From: an uncultured Nitrospirota bacterium
GTDB taxonomy: Bacteria; Nitrospirota; Nitrospiria; SBBL01; CAZSHZ01
Direction: 5' to 3'
Assembly (NCBI GenBank): GCA_964606955.1
Contig: CAZSHZ010000093.1
Location: 1 to 58,231 of the forward strand
Length of the DNA: 58,231 nucleotides
Under the pieces are notes generated by a model that worked only from the letters and a program-made list of their open reading frames with translations, was not told where the DNA came from and searched no databases. Below, one piece after another: positions 1 through 6,798 of the stretch. How positions within the stretch are numbered: position 1 is the stretch's first letter; each line of letters begins with the position of its first letter. Position numbers and translations under genes: made by a program.

Positions 1-1
1 G

Positions 2-568
2 GTCTATGCGATCGCGCGCGATTCCAACGGGACCTTCTGGCTCGGGACCGAGGGGGGGCTGAACCGATTCGACGGCAAACATTGGAGCACATTCACGCAT
101 CGCGACGGGCTCGGAGCCGAAGTGCCGGGGGCCGGAAGATCGGCCGAGTCCCCCGGCGGAGATCCGGGCGCCGGTTACGGCCATCACGGAGGTCAGAAAC
201 AAATTGTAGCGAATCCGAACTTCATCCTCGACCTCGCAGTCGACCGCCAAGGAGCGGTCTGGATCGGGACCTGGGGCGCCGGCCTCTCGCGCTTCTCACC
301 GAAAAATCGGTCCGGCCGGCAATGGACGAACTACACTACTGCCCAAGGATTGGGGGGAAACTTCGTCCACGCTGTCGAGATCGATCGCGACGGGGTCGTC
401 TGGGCCGCCACGAACGGCGGCGTCTCGCGCCTGACCGGATCGGGTTGGACGACCTACACGACCGCGGACGGTCTTCTAGATAATAACGTCTTCTCCATCG
501 TCTTCGACGAGCGAGGGGGCCGCTGGTTCGGCACCTGGCGGGGCGTCTCCTACATGACCGGAGAATGA
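2..568 (+). CDS. C-terminal fragment of a beta-propeller repeat protein (two-component-regulator-propeller-like repeats); 5' end is outside the window
   Basis: Frame 2 is open from base 2 (VYAIARDSNGTFWLGTEGGLNRFDGKHWSTFT...) to the stop at 566-568. Units of the form W(I/L)GTxxGGLxRFxxxxWxxYTxxDGL recur about four times. Confidence 0.6.
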   Translation, partial: VYAIARDSNGTFWLGTEGGLNRFDGKHWSTFTHRDGLGAEVPGAGRSAESPGGDPGAGYGHHGGQKQIVANPNFILDLAVDRQGAVWIGTWGAGLSRFSPKNRSGRQWTNYTTAQGLGGNFVHAVEIDRDGVVWAATNGGVSRLTGSGWTTYTTADGLLDNNVFSIVFDERGGRWFGTWRGVSYMTGE

Positions 569-632
569 CGGCGCCCGTTCGGCTCGATTTACCTGAATTG
601 ACAGCCGTTAAACCGATGCGGAGAATAGCCCA

Positions 633-1757
633 ATGGTGCCGATCGGAAGAAAACCGCTCCCCCTGATCATTTTCCTTACGCTCTCTGCATGCACCCCGTC
701 CGCCCCGCCCCGTCCAAGCCCCCTCTTCCCCCCGGTAGAGTACCTGGTCGGCGACAGCCCCTCATTTCTTGCGGCGGCGGACTTCGACAGCGACGGGTTG
801 ATCGATCTCCTCTCCGTGAACGCCGGGAGCAACGACCTCTCGATTCTGACGGGAGATGGTGAGGGGGGCTTTAAAACGGGGGCGCGCATTCCGGTCGGGC
901 AGCACCCGCGCTGGGCCGCGGTGGCCGACTTCAACTCGGACGGCGCGCCGGATATCGCCGTCGTCAATCTCAACAGCGACGATCTCCGCCTCCTCCTCTC
1001 CTCCGGAAAGGGGCGGATGCGTCCGGCTCCCCCTATTCCGGTGGGGCGCTCCCCTTTTTCGGTCGCCGCGGGGGATTTCAACGGAGATCGGAAGCCGGAT
1101 CTGGCGATCACGCTCCGGTTCGACAAGATGATCATTCTCCTTGGAAACGGCAGAGGGGGGTTCACGCAGGGGGCCGGATATGATCCGGGCGACACCCCGA
1201 CCGGGGTGGTGGCAAGCGACCTGAATTCCGACCAGCGCCTTGACCTTGTTGTCGCCAACAACGGCGGGATGTCGGACGATTTCGTCGTCTTCTTCGGGAA
1301 AGGGGACGGCTCCTTCGAGCTTTCGGAAAAGTACAAGACGAAGATGCGCCCCCTCTATCTCGTCTCGGGGGACTTTAACGGGGACGGGAAAATCGACATC
1401 GTCGTTGTAAACGGAGTGCGCGACACGCTGAGCATCTTCTTGGGGAACGGGGATGGGACGCTTGTCCGGGGGAGCGACTTCGGCGCGGAGGGGGGACCGG
1501 TCTCGGCCGCAGCGGCGGATCTGGACGGGGATGGAAGGCTCGACCTCGCCGTCGTGAACGTCCGGAGCGACAATCTCTCGCTGATTATGGGGGAAGGGGG
1601 GGGGCGCTTTCATCACCCCCCCATCAATATCTTCACCGGCGCCGCCCCGTACTCGGTGATCGCCGCCGATTTCAACTCCGACGGACGCTCCGACATCGCA
1701 GTGGCGAACAACGGGAGCAACAGCCTCTCGGTCCTGATCGCCCGACGCGGCGGCTGA
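633..1757 (+). CDS. FG-GAP/VCBS-repeat lipoprotein
   Basis: N-terminal signal with lipobox LSAC. About seven copies of the D(F/L)N(S/G)DGxxD(I/L)(A/V)VxN motif at roughly 50-aa spacing. Confidence 0.8.
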   Translation: MVPIGRKPLPLIIFLTLSACTPSAPPRPSPLFPPVEYLVGDSPSFLAAADFDSDGLIDLLSVNAGSNDLSILTGDGEGGFKTGARIPVGQHPRWAAVADFNSDGAPDIAVVNLNSDDLRLLLSSGKGRMRPAPPIPVGRSPFSVAAGDFNGDRKPDLAITLRFDKMIILLGNGRGGFTQGAGYDPGDTPTGVVASDLNSDQRLDLVVANNGGMSDDFVVFFGKGDGSFELSEKYKTKMRPLYLVSGDFNGDGKIDIVVVNGVRDTLSIFLGNGDGTLVRGSDFGAEGGPVSAAAADLDGDGRLDLAVVNVRSDNLSLIMGEGGGRFHHPPINIFTGAAPYSVIAADFNSDGRSDIAVANNGSNSLSVLIARRGG

Positions 1758-1758
1758 A

Positions 1759-2646
1759 ATGCGCGAGTGGGCTGTCCTCCTCTTCGCCGGCTTCCTCCTC
1801 TTTCTGTTGGTGATCGGATTCGCCTTGCGGATGAGAACCGGCTTCTCCCAGCCGGGGCAGCAGGAGATCGCGGCCCCTCGCCCGGCGGCGGCTGATCCCA
1901 ACCGCTATGCGCATCTGAAGACCATCGTCGGAAAAGACGGCGTCCCGATGGCGATGATCCCGGCCGGAAAGTTTCTGATGGGGACCAAGGAAGAGGTCGG
2001 CGAATTCGACGAGCGCCCGCCGAGGGAGGTCACTCTCAAAGGATACGCCATCGACCTCTACGAGGTGAGCCGCGAATCGTATCTGAAATTCGTCGAGGCG
2101 ACGCGCCACCGCGACCCCGAGGTGATGGTCTTTTTCGATAATCCGAAAAAACTTGAGGCCTCTCCCCGGCAGCCGGTGGTCGGCGTGTCGTGGGATGACG
2201 CCAACGCATACTGCAGATGGGCCGGGAAGAGGCTCCCGACCGAGGCCCAGTGGGAGCGGGCCGCCCGAGGGGAGGATGGCCGCCGTTACCCCTGGGGCGA
2301 AGAGTTTCTAGAGGGGCACACCAACGTCCGGGGAGGGGAGGATGGATTCCTCTATACCGCCCCGGTCGGGTCGTTCGAGGCGGGCCGAAGCCCGTACGGT
2401 CTGTATGACACCGCGGGGAACGCGGCCGAGTGGGTCTTCGATTGGTACGACGAGTTTTACTACCGGGAGGGGCAGGTCACCCTTCCGAAAGGCCCGGAGA
2501 AGGGGATGGCCCGGGTCGTCCGGGGAGGCTCCTGGAACGATCCGAAGGGGGATGCGCGGACGACGAAACGGATGGCGATTGCGCCCTCCCGCTCCGAGGC
2601 GATCATCGGGTTCCGCTGCGCGGTTGATCTCCCGGAGGAGAACTGA
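1759..2646 (+). CDS. FGE-sulfatase (SUMF1/EgtB/PvdO) family protein, membrane-anchored, lacking the FGE catalytic cysteine pair
   Basis: N-terminal hydrophobic anchor. Family signatures: VSWDDANAYCRWAGKRLPTEAQWERAARG, GNAAEWVFDWY, VVRGGSW and GFRCA. No Cys occurs in the region after RGGSW. Confidence 0.8.
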   Translation: MREWAVLLFAGFLLFLLVIGFALRMRTGFSQPGQQEIAAPRPAAADPNRYAHLKTIVGKDGVPMAMIPAGKFLMGTKEEVGEFDERPPREVTLKGYAIDLYEVSRESYLKFVEATRHRDPEVMVFFDNPKKLEASPRQPVVGVSWDDANAYCRWAGKRLPTEAQWERAARGEDGRRYPWGEEFLEGHTNVRGGEDGFLYTAPVGSFEAGRSPYGLYDTAGNAAEWVFDWYDEFYYREGQVTLPKGPEKGMARVVRGGSWNDPKGDARTTKRMAIAPSRSEAIIGFRCAVDLPEEN

Positions 2647-2669
2647 AGCCGCGACGGCGAAGATCGTTA

Positions 2670-3029
2670 TTGCCTCCGGAGGAATTCGAGCGGCTCGTCG
2701 CCGGGGCGATCGAGGGTCTCCCGCCCCAGTTTGCAGATCGTCTGGAGAATATCGCGGTCGTGGTCGAGGAGGAGCCGACCGATGCGGAGCGGACCGAACT
2801 GGGTCTTGGACCGGGCGATCTTCTCTGCGGCGTCTATCGGGGGAGCCCCTACCCGGACCGAACCCCCTCGGGATACTTCGGCGCCCTCCCCGATCGGATT
2901 GTCCTCTATCGTTCGGAGATTCTCCGCCTCGCCCATGGAAAAGAGCGGATCATCCGCGAGATTCAGCGCACGGTGGTTCACGAGATCGGTCACTACTTCG
3001 GCCTGGCCGACCATGAGATGCCTTTTTAG
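2670..3029 (+). CDS. small zincin-like metallopeptidase family protein (DUF1025-type)
   Basis: 119-aa ORF with a TTG start and a C-terminal HEIGHYFG (HExxH) motif. Confidence 0.65.
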   Translation: MPPEEFERLVAGAIEGLPPQFADRLENIAVVVEEEPTDAERTELGLGPGDLLCGVYRGSPYPDRTPSGYFGALPDRIVLYRSEILRLAHGKERIIREIQRTVVHEIGHYFGLADHEMPF

Positions 3030-3086
3030 CGTTGACCCGATTACGCCGCCGTGGTATTTTCCTCTAAAATCTTGAGGAGGGGCGCG

Positions 3087-3767
3087 ATGAACAGACAGAC
3101 GCAGGCGCTAATCGCCGAGGGGATCGGGACCTTCATCTTTTTCACGATCGGAGCAGGGTCGATCATCACCGACCAGATGACGGGGGGAAAGGTCGGTCTC
3201 CTCGGGATCGCGGCGGCCCATGGGGTCATCCTGGCAATCATGGTCTCGGCCTTCGGGCATATCTCCGGCGGTCACTTCAACCCGGCCGTCACTACAGGCC
3301 TCTGGGCGGGAAATAAGATCGGCGGAGCCCTGGCGGCCCTATACATCGGGGCCCAACTGGTCGGGGCCGTCGCCGCCGGAGTCGCGCTTCGGATCGTCTT
3401 TCCGGAAAACGTCTGGCGGCCGGTCCACCTCGGCACGCCCGGGCTGGCGCCCGGAGTCGGGTTCTCCACCGCTGTATTCTTGGAGATTCTGATGACATTC
3501 TTTCTGGTCACCGCCGTCTATGGAACGGCCGTGGATGCCAGGGGACCGAAGATCGGAGGGTTCGCGATCGGCCTGACGGTCTTCTGCGACATTCTGTTGG
3601 GCGGACCGCTCACCGGCGCTTCAATGAACCCCGCGCGGACGTTCGGTCCCGCCCTGGTTTCAGGCTACTGGGATAACCACCTGGTCTACTGGATCGGGCC
3701 GTTGATCGGCGGGGCGCTGGCGGGCCTGGTCTACAACAACTCCTTTCTGGAGACCAGGAGCAGGTAA
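3087..3767 (+). CDS. MIP-family aquaporin/glycerol-facilitator-like channel
   Basis: Two NPA boxes (GGHFNPAVT and ASMNPARTF) and six hydrophobic segments. ATG at 3087 follows GAGGAGG at 3074-3080; the track ORF extends to a GTG at 3051. Confidence 0.9.
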   Translation: MNRQTQALIAEGIGTFIFFTIGAGSIITDQMTGGKVGLLGIAAAHGVILAIMVSAFGHISGGHFNPAVTTGLWAGNKIGGALAALYIGAQLVGAVAAGVALRIVFPENVWRPVHLGTPGLAPGVGFSTAVFLEILMTFFLVTAVYGTAVDARGPKIGGFAIGLTVFCDILLGGPLTGASMNPARTFGPALVSGYWDNHLVYWIGPLIGGALAGLVYNNSFLETRSR

Positions 3768-3789
3768 CGGGTTATTATAGGGGCTTTTG

Positions 3790-3818
3790 CCCCAAGCGCG
3801 CGGCGCTCGGGGACCCCC
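3790..3818. repeat. GC-rich palindromic element, copy 1 (CCCCAAGCGC-GCG-GCGCTCGGGG-ACCCCC)
   Basis: 10-bp arms with one mismatch, a 3-nt loop and an ACCCC tail. Preceded by the mini-hairpin GGGGCTTTTGCCCC at 3780-3793. Same architecture as the copies at 3854, 8315 and 27053. Confidence 0.7.
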
Positions 3819-3853
3819 AGCGTCGCCCCCTCCACCGGCAAAGCCTGATTCCA

Positions 3854-3882
3854 CCCCGAAGGCTCGGCCTTCGGGGACCCCG
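3854..3882. repeat. GC-rich palindromic element, copy 2 (CCCCGAAGGC-TCG-GCCTTCGGGG-ACCCCG)
   Basis: Perfect 10-bp arms, a 3-nt loop and an ACCCCG tail. Confidence 0.75.
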
Positions 3883-3920
3883 CAAAACGCCTCCCCCTCT
3901 CGCTCGCGTTGCTCGCTGGG

Positions 3921-3952
3921 TAGATCCCCCCGCAAGCCGGTGGGGGGATCTA
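3921..3952. repeat. inverted repeat TAGATCCCCCC-N10-GGGGGGATCTA overlapping the tusA stop codon; possible transcript-end hairpin
   Basis: Perfect 11-bp arms at 3921-3931 and 3942-3952. No U-tract follows on either strand, so it is not a canonical intrinsic terminator. Confidence 0.4.
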
Positions 3953-4183
3953 CTTCATCTTCCTGACGTAGCATTTATAGATTTTTCCCTCTTCCACCAG
4001 CTGGAGGAGTTCCTGGCCTGAGGTCCTGCACCAGGCCGGCATATCTTTTTTGATCCCAACATCGTCGGAAAGGACCTCGACCACCTGCCCGATCGTCATC
4101 TGCTTCATCTTTTTGGAGGTCAGGATGATCGGGATCGGACAGTAGAGACCGAGGGTATCGAGGGTAAGATCCGCGACGATCAC
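3950..4183 (-). CDS. tusA: TusA-family sulfurtransferase
   Basis: 77 aa. N-terminal LDTLGLYCPIPI carries the CPxP active-site motif of TusA/SirA proteins. The start overlaps the stop of the upstream desulfurase-like gene by 4 nt. Confidence 0.75.
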   Translation of the reverse strand: MIVADLTLDTLGLYCPIPIILTSKKMKQMTIGQVVEVLSDDVGIKKDMPAWCRTSGQELLQLVEEGKIYKCYVRKMK

Positions 4184-5343
4184 CGGAGCCCCCCGCCCGC
4201 AGCATAGATCGGAGAGAGACGGCGGAGTTGAGCAACCTCCTTAGGAAAGACCTCCAGGACGTAATCGACCTGGGCATCGTCGGTCCCCCTTCCGAGCGAA
4301 AAGACCACCCCGCCGGCGGCGATGTTTGGGGGAAACCCCATTGCGGTGAGGACCGGCGAGATCTTCTGGGCGTGCGAAGCGCAGGAGGAGCCGGAGGCCG
4401 CGATGATTCCGCGGCGCTCAAGACTCTTGATCAGAGCCTCCGCCTCGACATATTCAACGCAGACGGAGGCGATCGTCGGGAGGCGGTGCTCCCGCGAACC
4501 GGTGACATGGACCAGCGGCGTCCGCTCGGCCAATCCGTCGAGAAGCCGGTCGCGAAGAGCGGCGATCCGCTCCCCGTCCGCCGAAAGTCTTTCGATCGCG
4601 ACCTCGGCGGCGGCCCCCATTCCGGCGATCGCGGCGACATTCTCAGTTCCGGCGCGTCTCCCCTCTTCCTGGATCCCCCCCTCAATCAGCGGAAGGATCC
4701 GCACTCCCCGCCGGACAGTAAGAGCCGCCGCGCCTTTGGGGCCGTAAAAGGTCGGGGCCGCCAGGGTCAGCAGGTCAATGCCAAGACGCTCCAGATCGAC
4801 CGGAATGACTCCCACGCTCGCCACCGCATCGACATGGAAGCGAATCCCACGCGAGCGTAGGACTGGCGCAATCTGTTCGATCGGCTGGATCGATCCCATC
4901 TCGCTGCTCGCATGCTGGAGGGAAGCGAGAATCGTATCGGGCCGGAGGGCCCCTTCGATATTCCTCGGATCGACCCTCCCCTCTCGATCGACGGGGAGGA
5001 CGGAAACTTCCCACCCCTCCTTTTGAAGGCTTTGGAAGGGGTGGGCAACCGAGTAGTGCTCGACGGCCGAGGTGATCAGGTGCCCCCGTTTTCCGCGCGT
5101 GCTCCCGCGGATCGCCCAGTTATTCGCCTCACTCCCGGAGGCGGTGAAAAAAATCTCTTCCGGCGAGGCTCCGATCATTCTTGCGACGGCGGCGCGGGCG
5201 TGCGCGAGCGCCTCTTTCGGCTTTTGCCCGAGCGCATGGCGGCTCTGGGCGTTTCCGAAGTCATCGGAGAGAACCGGGAGCATCGCCTCGCGCGCCTCGG
5301 GCGCAAGCGGTGTTGCGCCGATATAATCCAAATAAACTTTCAT
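4180..5343 (-). CDS. cysteine desulfurase-like class V aminotransferase-fold protein in which the PLP-binding His-Lys is replaced by Pro-Thr
   Basis: Aligns along its full length with the bona fide IscS in this window. IDLLTLAAPTFYGPKGAAAL aligns with [20 protein letters not shown]. The persulfide loop Cys is retained (ASGSSCAS versus SSGSACTT). Confidence 0.8.
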   Translation of the reverse strand: MKVYLDYIGATPLAPEAREAMLPVLSDDFGNAQSRHALGQKPKEALAHARAAVARMIGASPEEIFFTASGSEANNWAIRGSTRGKRGHLITSAVEHYSVAHPFQSLQKEGWEVSVLPVDREGRVDPRNIEGALRPDTILASLQHASSEMGSIQPIEQIAPVLRSRGIRFHVDAVASVGVIPVDLERLGIDLLTLAAPTFYGPKGAAALTVRRGVRILPLIEGGIQEEGRRAGTENVAAIAGMGAAAEVAIERLSADGERIAALRDRLLDGLAERTPLVHVTGSREHRLPTIASVCVEYVEAEALIKSLERRGIIAASGSSCASHAQKISPVLTAMGFPPNIAAGGVVFSLGRGTDDAQVDYVLEVFPKEVAQLRRLSPIYAAGGGLR

Positions 5344-5347
5344 GCCG

Positions 5348-5365
5348 GCCTATGATACCATAGGC
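5348..5365. promoter_or_regulatory. perfect palindrome GCCTATG-ATAC-CATAGGC within the 24-nt spacer between divergent start codons
   Basis: Read directly from the DNA. The spacer between the minus-strand ATG (5343) and the plus-strand ATG (5368) is almost entirely this dyad. Confidence 0.35.
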
Positions 5366-5367
5366 AT

Positions 5368-5685
5368 ATGAGGTTCGGCCTTCTCCTCTCCACTCCGCCG
5401 GAAGCGCTTGATTGCGAGACCGCCGTCAATCTGGCAAGTCGTGCGATCGAACGGGGAAATGAGGTCTATCTCTATCTTGTCGACGACGGGGTGAAGAACC
5501 TCGATCGTCCTGAGATCTCCGATCTTACCCGGCGGGGGGCCCACCTCTTCCTCTGCGCATACGGCGGACAGCGGCGTGGGATTCACGCCTCCGATCCGAA
5601 GCATGCCGACTTCTCCGGCGCCTTCGCCGGGCTCGTCGTCCTCTCCGATCTGGTAAAAGGCTGCGACAAGTTCGTCTCCTTTTGA
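5368..5685 (+). CDS. DsrE/TusD-like sulfur relay protein
   Basis: MRFGLLLS start. LFLCAYGGQRRGI matches the TusD NICVAAALRRGV active-Cys region, and the C-terminal GCDKFVSF resembles TCDRVVQF. Confidence 0.65.
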   Translation: MRFGLLLSTPPEALDCETAVNLASRAIERGNEVYLYLVDDGVKNLDRPEISDLTRRGAHLFLCAYGGQRRGIHASDPKHADFSGAFAGLVVLSDLVKGCDKFVSF

Positions 5686-6020
5686 AAGTCGTCGTCCTTA
5701 TCCGGACCGACCCACGATCCTCTCACCGCCCCTGCGAGGGGGTCCGGATCGCGTTAGGGCTCGCCGCCGGCGACCATGAAGTGGACGTTATCCTCTCGGG
5801 GAAGTCCCCGCTGCTGCTCTCCCAGACCGACGATATGGTCGACGGAGAGATGGCCGAGAAATATCTCCCCTCGCTCAAGGAATATGTTCCGAAATTCTAC
5901 GTGGAGAGGGAGACGGTTGATCCGGCCGATCTGGACGGGACCGATTATGAAATCGAGCCGCTGGGTGCAAAGGAGGTCGCGCAGAGGCTAGCTTCGGCCG
6001 ATCGCTCGATCATCTTCTGA
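5682..6020 (+). CDS. DsrF/TusC-like protein
   Basis: 112 aa with a 4-nt overlap with the preceding gene. MKVVVLIRTDP start, DsrE-fold-like pattern, and a C-terminal ...IIF ending as in TusC. Confidence 0.5.
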   Translation: MKVVVLIRTDPRSSHRPCEGVRIALGLAAGDHEVDVILSGKSPLLLSQTDDMVDGEMAEKYLPSLKEYVPKFYVERETVDPADLDGTDYEIEPLGAKEVAQRLASADRSIIF

Positions 6021-6262
6021 TGCCCCGCAAGATTCTTCATATCGTGCGGCGCACCGACGACCCGCACGCCCTCGCGGTGGCGGCGCGCCAGCGCGAGGCA
6101 GGGGAAGAGGTGACGGTGGTGTTGATCCACGAGGCCGCCGGGGTTCCGGTGAGCCCGCCGAAACCTCTGGAGGGGGCGGTCTTTCCGCTGCCCCCCTCCG
6201 CCGAGGGTTACGACCGCCTTTTTGAGCTGATCGCGGTCGCCGACTCGATCGTCACCTGGTAA
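6020..6262 (+). CDS. DsrH/TusB-like protein
   Basis: 80 aa with start overlapping the previous stop. The C-terminal YDRLFELIAVADSIVTW resembles the TusB tail YTDFVRL...MAW. This is a weak call. Confidence 0.4.
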   Translation: MPRKILHIVRRTDDPHALAVAARQREAGEEVTVVLIHEAAGVPVSPPKPLEGAVFPLPPSAEGYDRLFELIAVADSIVTW

Positions 6263-6265
6263 GTC

Positions 6266-6475
6266 CTAGCGATTGGCGCGGTGCTCTTCGAGCCAGGCCA
6301 TCTGGATCGCCTCGAGTTTCCCTTCGGTCGAGACCTTCGGGTCGTCTGCGAAATCGGGGAGTTCGGTCACACAGCGGTGGAGGTCGGTAAAGCGTACGGT
6401 CAGCGGATCGAGATCCGGAAATTTCTCCGCCAGCGCGATTCCAATCTCTTCGGCGTCCTCCCACATCAGGGCCAT
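6266..6475 (-). CDS. iscX: Fe-S assembly protein IscX
   Basis: [46 protein letters not shown] is typical of IscX/YfhJ. Start chosen at the ATG at 6475, which forms an ATGA overlap with the fdx stop; the track ORF extends further upstream. Confidence 0.8.
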   Translation of the reverse strand: MALMWEDAEEIGIALAEKFPDLDPLTVRFTDLHRCVTELPDFADDPKVSTEGKLEAIQMAWLEEHRANR

Positions 6476-6798
6476 CAGTGCTGCTCCGCGACCCGCCAGC
6501 TCTGCGTCTCCGGCAGGATCTCGACGGTGACGTCTCCCTCCTTCAGCCGCGCCTGACAACCGAGGCGGGAGGTCAGGGTGAGCCCTTCGGCGGTGTCGAG
6601 CCGGTCCTCCTCATCCTCCTGCATCTTGGAAAGATGATCTATGCCCGACTTCACGATGACATGGCAGGTCGTGCAGGCGCAGTTTCCGCCGCAGTTGTGT
6701 TCCAGTTCGATGTGATGCTCCAGGGCCACATCCAAAATGCTCTGCCCTTCTTTCCCCTCCACCGTGATGTTCTGGGGAAGAAAGGTGACCTTAGGCAT
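6475..6798 (-). CDS. fdx: ISC-type [2Fe-2S] ferredoxin
   Basis: Cys ligands sit in the [12 protein letters not shown]...C pattern. Positioned after hscA. Confidence 0.9.
   Translation of the reverse strand: MPKVTFLPQNITVEGKEGQSILDVALEHHIELEHNCGGNCACTTCHVIVKSGIDHLSKMQEDEEDRLDTAEGLTLTSRLGCQARLKEGDVTVEILPETQSWRVAEQH

Noticed and set aside
762-1901. 379-aa ORF on the minus strand
   Set aside because: It is antisense to the FG-GAP repeat gene, which has clear family motifs. Its product is Arg/Pro/Gly-rich low complexity, typical of open antisense frames in GC-rich DNA.
3660-3974. 104-aa minus-strand ORF spanning the aquaporin/tusA spacer
   Set aside because: It overlaps the aquaporin 3' end in antisense and is made mostly of the translated palindromic repeats. 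There is no start context or family similarity.
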